The position numbers and the translations under genes are program-made. The notes under the pieces are model-generated. The model had not been told where the DNA came from and did no database searches. It worked only from the letters and a program-made list of their open reading frames with translations. A stretch of DNA of 64,000 nt, from positions 122,698,001 to 122,762,000 of the forward strand of contig OZ024745.1 of NCBI GenBank assembly GCA_964016885.1. The letters run 5' to 3'. This document shows, piece after piece, positions 1 to 11,470 of the stretch; within the stretch, counting starts at the first letter, position 1; each line of letters opens with the position of its first letter. This stretch comes from Eledone cirrhosa (Eukaryota).

Positions 1-1182
1 GAATTAAAGTAAAGCCAACAATAAAATAAACTAAATGAAACATGCAAGTCTTATTGGAGCCTTAGAAAAGATTTTTCTTTTCCAGGACTCATATTTGACT
101 GTCATGCCTTGTAGAAGTAACTTATTAATTGGCAACAGTTAATGGTAAATAGTCTGTTGTGAAGGAGCCAGTATGAAAGAAATAACAAATAAATATTCGG
201 AAAAAAATGTTCACCAATAGATCTTTCAGTTTATTTATTCAAAAACAAATTTGGAAAGTGAAGATTTATAATAAAAAACAGGCAACTTTTATCTTTATTT
301 CCTTTCTTCTTATAGTCTGCCATTTTTATACCAAAAGCGAAGCACTCTTCACTCTTAAGTATTTTTCTTAAACCAAAGTATTTTCAAAATATTGTTCTTG
401 TACTTCCAAAGATTATGTTGGTGAAAAAAAAATTATTCGTTACTTAATAATTTTATTTGTTATTAAATAATTTCGTTATTGTATACTTCCATTCTTTAAT
501 GCTTTCATTTATTGAACATTTTCTGTATTTACTGTAGGTTAAATGTAAATCCAGACATCTTTTGGTCATGTCTTTCAATTTTTTTATCGGTACTGAATAA
601 TATCAATCAAGATAATGTTATAGATTTTATATTCATGTGTAATGTTTTTTTTCTACAACTCTAAATTGTAAAAAAAAAAAAAAAAATTAATCAAAATAAT
701 ATTCATCAAAATTATTGTAATCTACACCTTTAAAAATATATTTCTGCAAAGTTTCATAAAAAAATGCATTATTAAAAAGTTATGAGGAAATGAAGCCAGA
801 GGAGAGACACTAAACTATAGTTATGCCTCAAATATTAGATAAAATACACAATTATGCTACAAATAAAAAAAAAATCACAATTTTATATATGTGATATCCA
901 TTATGACATAACTATTGTAAAATATCAATACAACAATACAGTATGATTTTTAAAACATCTTCTCCACTAAAGCAGGATTTAACCTCGTTAAACCCTTTGA
1001 AATGATGTCCTTTTCAATGCAAGTTCTGATAGCTGGATACCCTTCTTGGTGCCAACCCTTCTAGTCACCTCTATGACATAGGGTGCAAAATATGAATAGG
1101 GAATGAAAATAAAAAAACAAAATGGAGAATAGAAGTCCATGTAAAAGACTGTTCTTGTTTAGTGTTGTGTGAGAGTACGAAG

Positions 1183-1218
<36 letters not shown>

Positions 1219-1255
1219 GGGGGGGGGGGGGGGGGGGAGGGGGGGAGGGGGGGGG
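1183..1255. repeat. Adjacent poly-C and poly-G tracts (C34-TC-G19AG7AG9)
   Basis: Read directly; the two tracts are mutually complementary. Confidence 0.9.
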
Positions 1256-1309
1256 TAGAATGGGCTGGACCACTATATATAAATAATAGTGGCCTGAGTA
1301 AGTGGGGAA

Positions 1310-1621
1310 GTTGGTACTAGTTCCACAGTTTGTGTGTTGATAGTCAAAGTTAGTACTAGTTCCACAGTTTGTGTGTTGATAATCAAAGTTAGTACTAGTT
1401 CCACAGTTCGTGTGTTGATAGTCAAAGTTAGTACTAGTTCCACAGTTTGTGTGTTGATAATCAAAGTTAGTACTAGTTCCACAGTTTGTGTGTTGATAGT
1501 CAAAGTTAGTACTAGTTCCACAGTTTGTGTGTTGATAATCAAAGTTAGTACTAGTTCCACAGTTTGTGTGTTGATAATCAAAGTTAGTACTAGTTCCACA
1601 GTTTGTGTGTTGATAGTCAAA
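1310..1621. repeat. 39-bp minisatellite, 8 copies
   Basis: Unit GTTAGTACTAGTTCCACAGTTTGTGTGTTGATA(G/A)TCAAA; accounts for the NFDYQHTNCGTST repeat ORF. Confidence 0.95.
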
Positions 1622-1791
1622 TGTGGAGTTCAAGTCACAGTTCAAGTTAGCGTGTTGGATTGTTGATTCTTAAAAGATTGTTGTTCTGTTACGTGTGGTT
1701 ATTGCTATTGTGTGTGTGACAGCTCACACCTATGCAGGTTTAGCTGGCCTCCTCCAAGGTATATCTCGTTGGAGGTGTCTTGGGTAATTTA

Positions 1792-1949
1792 ATGATAGGG
1801 ACCCCAGTCCTATCATCTCATTTCTACAGCTGAGTAAACTGGAGCAACCAGTAACTGAGTAAACTGAGTAAACACATCACTCGGTCCAAGAATTGAACTC
1901 ACAACCATTCAATTGCAAGCCCAATGTTCTAACCACTAAGCCATGTGCC
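1792..1949 (-). mobile_element. CORE-type tRNA-derived SINE, 5' part
   Basis: Minus strand has A box TGGCTTAGTGG and B box GAGTTCAATTC, then CORE-like GCTCCAGTTTACTCAGCTGTAGAAATGAG; matches copies at 4131, 8857 and 33668. Confidence 0.8.
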
Positions 1950-2315
1950 ATTGGTTTCGATTATATTGTTATTACACTGTTGCAGTGTATTCGTTTATCC
2001 ATAAGGGCATAACAGTTAGGTTTCATTCCATAATGGCAGTTTATATTTTGTAGATAAATGTTCATCTGTAACTAGATTCCTGTATGTATACAGATGAATT
2101 GTTGTAGGACAGAAAGCAAACATATTTCAGTATTTTTCCATGAAAGTTCAATGACCAAGAAACCAGTGTCTGCTCTACTCTCAGGTGGATTCAGTCTGTT
2201 CAACTATTTATCTTTTACAACTAAGACTGAAACAAAACCAGAATGTCTGAATACTTACAAAAATAAAGAAGAATATAAGTTTAGCACACACACACACAGG
2301 ACACACACAGAAATG

Positions 2316-2463
<148 letters not shown>

Positions 2464-2482
2464 CATACATACATATATATAT

Positions 2483-2617
2483 AACTGTTTCTACTTTAGG
2501 CACAACGCCAGCAATTACCCAGTGCATTACTGGTACTTTATTTTATCGACCCCGTAAGGATGAAAGGCAAAGTCAACCTCGGCGGGATTTGAACTCAGAT
2601 CGTAAAGGGACGTAACT
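2483..2617 (-). mobile_element. OK/Meta-type tRNA SINE (family A), 5'-truncated
   Basis: B box GAGTTCAAATCCC plus GTTGACTTTGCCTTTCATCCTTACGGGGTCGATAAAATAAAGTACCAG body shared with about 25 copies. Confidence 0.85.
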
Positions 2618-2775
2618 ATACATATATATATAACGGCGATGAATTAGTTTTGCGAGGTTTTTGATATGAAATCGTGTCGAAACAAATATTGTTATATATA
2701 TATATATATATATATAGATATAGATATAGATAGGTAAATATACACGGGTGTGTATGATTGTGTATAGAAGATTAT

Positions 2776-2960
2776 ATTAATAAGAGGAATTCCAACTTTG
2801 TCTGATTTACTCGTTTTATTTACAATCCTTTAAAATATATAATGGTATTATAATGAAATAGTATGATAGAATATTAAATTCTAAGTGTTAATTGAACAAG
2901 TACTTTCATGCTTTCGCAATCTTCAGGTTCATAATATGTGGTGACAGTCGAGTTTGCAAT
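2776..2960 (-). mobile_element. Penelope-like pseudo-LTR fragment, copy 1
   Basis: Near-identical to 9700-9883, contains a hammerhead motif, lies next to TA-rich repeats. Confidence 0.55.
2893..2931 (-). ncRNA. Minimal type I hammerhead ribozyme
   Basis: Minus strand: TGAAC-CTGAAGA-T-TGC-GAAA-GCA-T-GAA-AGTACT-T-GTTCA. Gives a 5-bp stem I, the CUGANGA and GAAA core, a GAAA-capped stem II and a palindromic stem III. Confidence 0.75.
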
Positions 2961-3491
2961 ATATATATGCAAAAATCACGAGCACTCTATCTCAAAATTA
3001 TTTTTGAAAAGCATAAGGAAAACTAAAGGAAAACTAAAACTGAATACTAACTAATACTTATTACTAATTTATACTTATTCCTAATTGAACTATTTTTCAC
3101 TGGGAAAAATTTGTCAGTATTTTCTTTTCCTTTTTACTAATATAGATATATATACACATACATACATACATACATATAACAAATAGTTTTATCACTCTAC
3201 ATGGCTGAATACAAGAAATGTAAATCTGAGTTTTTCAAATATTAATAATAATATTCGGTCTTGTCTGCAGGGTGCAGTACTCTTGCCCTCAGCCCAAAGT
3301 CCAATCACCCTCTCCCTTCCCCTGCCCTCTCTTCTGCGACACCACAGCTCTTGCCATCCACTCCCCATCCTGTTCTTTTTCTTCTTTCTTTCTCTCTTTT
3401 TTCTCTATATTTCCCTATTCTTTTTTCCTTTTGTTTCCTTTTCTTTTTTATTATTGCCATTATTATAGTTGTCATTATTATTATTATCATC

Positions 3492-3685
3492 AGGGTGGGG
3501 GATTGGCAGAATCGGTAGAAAGTCGGACGCCATGCTTTGCAGCATAGAGTTACGCTCCTTTATGGTCTGAGTTCAAATCCTGCCGAGGTTAACTTTGCCT
3601 TCCATCCTTATGGGGTTGATAAAATAAAGTACCAGTAATACACTGGGTAATTGCTGGCCTTGTGCCAAAAGTAGAAACAATTATT
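3492..3685 (+). mobile_element. Family A SINE, full length
   Basis: A box TGGCAGAATCGG, B box GAGTTCAAATCC, Meta-like body, GTAGAAACAATTATT end. Confidence 0.9.
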
Positions 3686-3950
3686 TTTATTACTGTAAAT
3701 AAAATTTACTTTACTAAGTGAATAAATAGATATATATTTGAATCGTTTGCAATTATGCAAACAGCCTCTTAAGCCATATCAGTAGAATGACTCTGTCATT
3801 CTTGCTCTTGTGTTGGCATGTAAACAGAACGGCAAACACTAATGTTTCTGGGTTAGGGTTAGGGTTATGTAAACAGTGACGGTGATGAATTTGTTTTGCA
3901 AGGTTTTTGATAAAATATTTCTGGCAATATTAATACAACATAACCCTCCC

Positions 3951-4003
<53 letters not shown>

Positions 4004-4130
4004 GTAGGAATCCCAAATGCAGAATTTTACTCTAACAACAGCTGCTAGCTATAAATAATATCTTTAAAAATTTGGTAAAATACCTTTGAGACAGAGAAAA
4101 TTGACCAGCAGCGAACTGTTCCATTGAATA

Positions 4131-4440
4131 TCATCATCATCATCATCATCATCATTTTATGTCCGCTTTTCCCTGCTTGCAAGGGTGGGACGGGAACTGA
4201 TTCTGGCTTGATTTCTACAGCTGGATGCCCTTCCTAACACCAACCTCATTTACAGTGAGTGCTGGGTGCTTTTTTGCCATGGCACCTCCATGACCACTTT
4301 GCAGTGGAATGATAGGGACCCCAGTCCCTATCATCTCATTTCTACAGCTGAGTAAACTGGAGAAATGTGAAATAAAGTGTCTTGCTCAAGGAAACAACAC
4401 ATCACCCGGTCTGAGAATTGAACTCACAACCTTTCGATTG
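4131..4440 (-). mobile_element. CORE-type SINE with RTE-derived body and (ATG)n tail
   Basis: B box, CCTTGAGCAAGACACTT, GTTAGGAAGGGCATCCAGC and tail CCCACCCTTGCAAGCAGGGAAAAGCGGAC followed by (ATG)n. Confidence 0.85.
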
Positions 4441-5344
4441 AATATAGATATGATATTTAGTATTGTTGTTGTTGTTGTTGTTTTCTTGCCCCTCGTCATC
4501 TTTATGCTGTGTGAGTATCATTAAAATTGTATTTGTGCCCCCCTAGAATCTGAATCTATTATGACATAACAGTGAAATGATAATTTTAACTCTTTTAATA
4601 CCAAACCATCTGAGTTCTATGAAACAGAAGTTCTATGAAACAAATTCATTCATATCTAAATCTATACCTTTTGTTATAATTCTATGTATGACACTTTTTG
4701 TTAAATTATATTCCAAACACAAGTTAGTTATTTTACTAAATTCTTCCAAATTATTGATTATTTTAGAAATTAATTGAATAACATAAGTAGAAAAATGGTA
4801 ATGAAAGTGTAACATTTAATATGAAACAGTGAGAATACATTAATGATACTCATCAGAAATATTATAAGGAATTTGATTGGTGAAACCATTAGTCTCGTGG
4901 GACCAGTAATCAAGGTTTTATGTAAAGTGGTTGGTTATAGGATGGAAATACCGCTGCAGAAAACCTGCCATACAAAGGGATGGGAGAACTCTTCAGCTGT
5001 GTCAAAGACATGGCAATTTCCCTAATGCTGCTGCCACAATAAAATATTTTACAGCATTCAAATTTAAATTAACATCCACTCCATAATTTTAAACAAAAAA
5101 AAAAAATGTTATGTTCTAACATCAGCTTAACTACTAACTTCCTGTACCAAATGAAACCACCAAATGAAATATGTGTGTATATATATACATGTATATATTT
5201 ATGTATGTAGATATATGTATATGTATATATGTATATGTATATATGTATATATATATATATGTATATATATATGTATATATATATAATAATAAGCGTTGAC
5301 AGACCCAGACAGTAAATTTCATTAGAAATATGGTTATATAAAGA

Positions 5345-5478
5345 ATAATTGTTTCTACGTTAGGCACAAGGCCAGCAATTACCCAGTGCATTACTGGTAC
5401 TTTATTTTATCGACCCCGTAAGGATGGAAGGCAAAGTTAACCTTGGCAGGATTTGAACTCAGAATGGCAAGGGCCGTC
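5345..5478 (-). mobile_element. Family A SINE, 5'-truncated
   Basis: Matches the family body and 3' end. Confidence 0.85.
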
Positions 5479-5831
5479 ATATAAAGAATAATGAAACTAA
5501 ATGTAAACGGTGTATTGTCTAAGTGATTAAAAAATGAATAACAATCATTGAATAACAATCATCTTGTTGAGTATGATAACCACATCTGAGAATCTGATCA
5601 TTCAATTATTGTAATGTAAACAAGAAGGATATTTTTAGATCTGCAAATCTCATTATTTGACTGAAAATTATTAGCATAGAGTTATTTCTTCTCATGAATT
5701 TATGTAAGCACATTTTAATTCAAATCTACAATAGTTTAGCTTCTTTCTTACTATATTTCTAATGAAAGACAGTGAAAGACATTGCCTATGATTTTCAAAT
5801 TATTTTGAAAATAATAAGGAATTCAAAAGTA

Positions 5832-6022
5832 ATAATTGTTTCTACTTTTGGCACAAGGCCAGTAATTACCTAGTACATTACTGGTACTTTATTTTATCGA
5901 CCCCGTAAGGATGAAAGGCAAAGTTAACCTCGGCGGGATTTGAACTCAGAATGGCAAGGGCCGTAACTCTTATGTGTCAAAGAATGGCGTCCGACGCCTC
6001 TACCGATACTGCCAATCCACCT
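5832..6022 (-). mobile_element. Family A SINE
   Basis: Full-length match to the family. Confidence 0.9.
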
Positions 6023-6060
6023 TAATAATATAACTAACATTCACATTATTTATCTGTTGC

Positions 6061-6250
6061 AGGGCAGTGGATTGGCAGTATAGGAGCAGCGTCAGACACC
6101 ATGCTTTGCAGCATAAAGTTATGGCCCTTATGTTCTGAGTTCAAATCCCGCTGAGGTTAACTTTACCTTTCATCCTTACGGGGTCAATAAAATAAAACAC
6201 CAGTAATGCACTGGGGTAATTGCTGACCTTGTGCCAATAGTAGAAACAAT
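6061..6250 (+). mobile_element. Family A SINE with 15-bp TSD
   Basis: TSD ATTATTTATCTGTTG at 6045-6059 and 6249-6263. Confidence 0.9.
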
Positions 6251-6280
6251 TATTTATCTGTTGTTTAGAGCATCACTTAA

Positions 6281-6498
6281 CTCTTTAGCATTTAAACTGG
6301 CTGTATCCAGCCAGAATTCTCTCACCTCTTTCTGTTCAAACTGGTTGTAACCGGCCACTCATACTGACGTTAAGGTATTGTTCTCAAAACAAATATCAAA
6401 ATCTTGTAGATTCGATATTATGTGAGATAATTATGTAAAATAAAACCTTTACCATGAAAATATAATAGTATATATAGAGTAATGGAAATGCTAAAGAG
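6281..6498 (+). mobile_element. piggyBac-type MITE (family B)
   Basis: TTAA on both sides; TIR CTCTTTAGCATTT / AAATGCTAAAGAG. Confidence 0.9.
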
Positions 6499-6801
6499 TT
6501 AACAAAGATTCTTACATCAGATTATGATAGAAGCATTTTTTAGATAAGTATAAACACTCTAAATCAAATAGTTTTCTATCGTAGAACCAGGGGCAGTTTC
6601 ATGCAGTTTGGTATCATAACATTTAATACTTATTCAATCTCTTAACTTGATTTTAGAATGTGTCTGTGATTATAGAAGAAATAAAAGCAAAATCAACTGA
6701 CTGAAAATAGAACAAGAAAATCAAATATTGTTTGTAAAAAATCCTTTTGGTACTAAATTGCCTGAAACTGTCCCTAGTTATACAATACAAAACTGTTGGG
6801 A

Positions 6802-6913
6802 TTAAAGTGTTTTTATTTATTGTGTTTAAAGTGTTTATATTTATCGTGTTTAAAGTGTTTATATTTATTGCGTATAAAGTGTTTTTATTTATTGTGTTTA
6901 AAGTGTTTATATT
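6802..6913. repeat. ~24-bp tandem repeat, about 4 copies
   Basis: Unit approximately TAAAGTGTTTWTATTTATYGTGTT. Confidence 0.8.
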
Positions 6914-7106
6914 AAGGTGGTGGATTGGCAGTATGGGTAGAGCGTCAGACACCATGTTTGCAGTATAGAGTTATGGCCCTTTACGTTCTGAGTTAAAATC
7001 CTGCTGAGGTTAACTTTGCCTTTCATCCTTACGGGGTTGATAAAAATAAAAGCACCAGTAATGCACTGGGATAATTGCTGGCCTTGTGCCAAAAGTAGAA
7101 ACAATT
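6914..7106 (+). mobile_element. Family A SINE with 16-bp TSD
   Basis: TSD TTAAAGTGTTTATATT at 6898-6913 and 7105-7120. Confidence 0.9.
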
Positions 7107-7189
7107 AAAGTGTTTATATTTATCACGAGACCTTCTAAAATTATTTTATGTAAGAACCTTTGTTAAGCTGTCTTCCAAACACAAGTTTA

Positions 7190-7368
7190 ATAATTGTTTC
7201 TACTTTTGACACAAGGCCAGCAATTATCTCAGTGCATTACTGGTACTTTATTTTATCGACCCCGTAAGGATGAAAGGCAAAGTTAACCTCGGCGGCATTT
7301 GAACTCAGACCATAAAGGGCCGTAACTCTTTGCTGCAAAGCATGGTGTCCAACCCTCTACCGATACTG
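7190..7368 (-). mobile_element. Family A SINE
   Basis: Match to the family. Confidence 0.85.
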
Positions 7369-8114
7369 GAGAGCTAATTATATTACTAAATACCTTTAAA
7401 TTCTAGATTATTTTGAAAATGATTTGAAAATCTTAAGTGGTGTCTTTTGTTAGAAATAGAGTAATGAAATGTGGCTAAATATTTAACAAAAAAGAAATAG
7501 ATATACAATATATTTACTCTCTTGCAACATATAGCCAATAAGAAGAGACTAAATAGGTTACTAACATTATTCAGAAAGACAAATAAACATCACATTTGTT
7601 CATCCACTAAAGACAATATAGACAGACAGACCAAAAGGACAAAATAACCATTGATGCTGACTATTGAAGAGTTAGACAATAATAAAATATGAAGTTGTTT
7701 GATGTTTGATTTTATTAATCAAGTTATACTTTTAGTCATCTTTTTAGTTCTCTTTATATTTAAATCTTGAGATGGTATTGCACCTACAATTACTGTGCTA
7801 TTAACAAGGTGAACCATAAATGAAAATAAAATCTTAATAATGATATATCTGTTTGATGTTATCTCAATTCAGTATTTATATATTTTTTATTTTATCGGTT
7901 TTAGCCATTTCATAATATCATTTCCTTCCTAGTTTTACTGGTGCTGCAGTTTGTAATCTACAAAGCACAGACAAACATACACAAATGATTTATATATATA
8001 TGTGTGTGTTTGTGTGTGTATATATATATATATATAAATATATATATATATATGTATATATCTATATGAATATATATATATATTTATGCATATATATATA
8101 TATTTATATGTATA

Positions 8115-8310
8115 TCATCATCATCATCATCGTTTAACGTCCATCTTCCACGCTTGCATGGGTTTGGACGGGAGTTTTCCCACTTGAGGCAAGATTGATT
8201 GTCCTGCTCGTATAGGACTGTCTGGCGGGTTTTCTATGGCTGGATGCCCTTCCTAACACCAACCACGTTTACAGTGTGTACTGGGAGGTTTTTACCGTGT
8301 TACCTACACG
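8115..8310 (-). mobile_element. RTE-tailed SINE or LINE 3' fragment
   Basis: GTTAGGAAGGGCATCCAGCC module, CCCATGCAAGCGTGGAAGATGGACGTTAAACG and (ATG)n on the minus strand. Confidence 0.75.
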
Positions 8311-8856
8311 GCCAATATATGTATACATTTATATATATATATGCATACATACATATATATGTGTATATATATATGTATAAATATATTCATATATACATGT
8401 ATATATTGAAAAGATAACAAGGACGATTGGTTACTCCTTCATTACATTTATTGGTTCGTGACACGTGTTTCGCCACTGATCAGCTCAAGGTTCAATCTGT
8501 ATCTTACCCAATCTTACCCAACTCTGTAATCCGCAGCTCGACAGACCCCTTGAAATACTAGAAAATGAATACATGCTATATGATAAAGTCAGAAGTTCAT
8601 ATGTTGGTCAATAAGGATTGTTTTGATTGGTGGAATAGTTCATAGGGATGCTTTTTGCCTGTAGTGCATGTGGGGGTGGATGTGATGATTGGTGGTGACT
8701 GTCGCAGGCTGAGATGGGCTGTGGTGTGTGGGGGGGGGGGGGGTGAATTGTCGGTAGACAGATTAGCGTATATTTGTGGCTGATTATTGTGTGTGGTGTG
8801 GGTGTGGTAGATATATATGTATATATATATTTATATAAATATATTTATATATATTG

Positions 8857-9175
8857 CATTGGCCTTGCAATCGGAAGGTTGAGAGTTCAATTCTCAGACC
8901 GGGTGATGTGTTGTTTCCTTGAGCAAGACACTTTATTTCACACTGCTCCAGTTTACTCAGCTGTAGAAATGAGATGATAGGGACTGGGGTCCCTATCATT
9001 CCACTGCAAAAGTGGTCGTGGAGGTGCCATGGCAAAAAAGCACCCAGCACTCACTGTAAATGAGGTTGGTGTTAGGAAGGACATCCAGCTGTAGAAATCA
9101 AGCCAGAATCAGTTCCCGTCCCACCCTTGCAAGCAGGGAAAAAGCGGATGTAAAATGAAATGAAAATGAAATGAA
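8857..9175 (+). mobile_element. CORE-type SINE with RTE-derived tail
   Basis: Reverse-complement match to 4131-4440. Confidence 0.85.
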
Positions 9176-9662
9176 TATATAGGTATATATATATATCTAA
9201 CCCATGCTAGCGTGGAAGATGGATGTTAAACGAAGATGATGATGATGATGATGATACATATATATACACACACACACACACTCAAACACACACACACACA
9301 TACACACACACACACACACACACGCATATAAATATACATATGCTCTATTGTTAAACACTTCCCAAAGTTCTGCCACAAAACTATATTAGTTATAGAACAT
9401 AACTGAAGCTGAATGATGAAATACGCTTTAAATAATGAATAAATAAATAAAATAGATACAAAGTTTGAATAATGGAATAAAATAAAAAAAAACAGATTTG
9501 GGAAAACAGAATAAATTTATTTCTGCTTGAAATCTTTTGATTTTGTCAGACTACAAATGGTATATTATGTATTGTATGGAGAATATATAAGCTATGGTAT
9601 AAGCAGAAAATGAAAGAAAGGAGGAGGAGGAGAGAGAGAGAGATAGATAGAGAAAGAGAGAC

Positions 9663-9699
<37 letters not shown>

Positions 9700-9703
<4 letters not shown>

Positions 9704-10060
9704 TAAAAGGAATTCCAACTTTGTCTGATTTACTCGTTTTATTTACAATCCTTTAAAATTTATAATGGTATTATAATGAAATAGTATGATAGAATATTAA
9801 ATGTTAAGTGTTAATTGAACAAGTACTTTCATGCTTTCGCAATCTTCAGGTTCATAATGTGTGGTAACAGTCAAGTTTGCAATTTTCAACTGTAATGAGA
9901 TGGGTAAATTTTGTGCCTTATATACAGTGAAAAGTGGCTCCAGAATGCTAAATCTTGCAAACTGTATTTCGACCAATCGGTGTGTAGTTTCACTGAATTA
10001 CTAAAGCTGATTGGTTTAGGCGTCACGGTTGGTTGAGCATGTCTAACAACCACTAATTGA
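9700..10060 (-). mobile_element. Penelope-like pseudo-LTR, longer copy 2
   Basis: Minus-strand order: CCAAT (~10017), TATATAA (~9924), hammerhead (9816-9854), AATAAA (~9743), then (TA)n. Confidence 0.55.
9816..9854 (-). ncRNA. Minimal type I hammerhead ribozyme
   Basis: Identical to the motif at 2893-2931. Confidence 0.75.
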
Positions 10061-10175
10061 TCCTATCCAAAGCATCAATTGTTTTGCTATTTTTAGAAAT
10101 GATGAAAATAGCATTTTCTAGTAATCATCACTATCAACATCACTTTTATTACTGTTGTTGTATATTTATGTATAT

Positions 10176-10274
<99 letters not shown>

Positions 10275-10323
10275 GGACCATAACGCACCCGAGTACTCAA
10301 TACTTAAGGTAGTAGAGAGGGTA

Positions 10324-10440
10324 ATAGGAAAATGTTAAGGACCCCGATAGCAGAGCAAAGGCCATTTTGATAGCTATTTCTCAGAAATAGCCATCGAAAC
10401 GGCTTTAGTTCTGCAGTCGGGGTCCTTAACATTTTCCTAT
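10324..10440. mobile_element. 117-bp fold-back element, probable TA-targeting MITE
   Basis: Perfect 24-bp arms ATAGGAAAATGTTAAGGACCCCGA / TCGGGGTCCTTAACATTTTCCTAT with imperfect pairing to the centre. Confidence 0.7.
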
Positions 10441-11470
10441 ATATATATACAGAGAGATAGATAGATAGATAAATATATATATATTTATTATATATAAAGA
10501 GAGAGAGAGAGCGAGAGAGAGAGAAATATATATATATATATATATACCATGATATTAAATAAATGGAAACTATATTTATAAAACAATATTTATTTTATTA
10601 TATATATTTCAAGGGCAACCAACCCAACCTTGGTGCGCTTTCATCAGATAAAATACAAAGTTTGTTTTATAAATAAAGACGTACCCATGAAGATAATACC
10701 TTATCAGTCGGAAATTCCCGCATCAAATGGAACAAAATCGTCTAACCCATGCTAGCATGGAAGATGGACATTAAACGATGATGATGATGATGATATATAT
10801 ATATATATATGCATTAATTTTAACTCTTATTAATAATTGCATAGTTTCTTTCCTGGTACTATGTAGAAAAATAAACCTCATTTGGTCATTCCATGAGAGT
10901 ACAGTTGTCACCCAGGATTCATGGGGATTATGTTCCCAGAGCACCCGGGAAGAGTAAAAAAAAAACAAGAATATTGGACGTAGCCCATAAAAATGACTAC
11001 AAACGTCAAAATATAACATAAAATATAGAAAGAGGGATTGTCTTATGTGAATGGGCGTCCAGTAGGCAGGCAAATACGGCATATTAATGATTTAGCGTTA
11101 AAACAATATATATTGCCACGAAAAGAGTCATCAAAAAATTTGCAGAAGATATTTATGATCCTGCAAATATGCTAAGGTTTCCATGAACAATTATTAATTA
11201 GGTTCTAAGGAAAATTCTGTGAATAACCGAGACTGCAAATGGTGAACTGTGAAAACGCAGGGTAAGTACACTGTATCTTCGTCAGCCTATGAACTTTTCA
11301 GCCGGCCCTCGTATGGTGTATTTCATCAGAAATACAATACAGCCAGGAAAAGTTTAACTCTTGCGCTGTACTTTATAAACCTCATTCGGTCATTCCATGA
11401 GAGTATCTTGGTCAACCTATGAATTTTTCAGTCAATCCTCATAAAGTTACCAGTTTTTCTGAGATTTTAA

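Larger units (their letters stand above)
5750..6620 (+). mobile_element. Older ~300-bp dispersed element (family D) split by two SINEs and one MITE
   Basis: Removing the inserts leaves ATTTCTAATGAAAGAC...TATGATTTTCAAAT...TAATATAACTAAC...TTAACAAAG...AGAACCAGGGGCAGTTTC, which recurs near 13413, 35535, 37780, 52260 and 63160. Confidence 0.6.

Noticed and set aside
539-991. Possible TTAA-flanked Kolobok-like element
   Set aside because: Terminal inverted match too short and degenerate, and no second copy in the window.
1061-1666. 13-aa repeat ORFs
   Set aside because: Products of the 39-bp minisatellite and the homopolymer tracts.
2628-2697. ATAAC...GATGA...GAAAC...GTTAT resembling a hammerhead
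   Set aside because: No CTGA box and no convincing stem II or III.
3850-3868. TTAGGG repeats
   Set aside because: Only about three units; too short to call an interstitial telomere.
10820-11450. Locally repeated motifs (ATAAACCTCATT.GGTCATTCCATGAGAGTA twice)
   Set aside because: The duplication is real, but I could not define element boundaries or a function.
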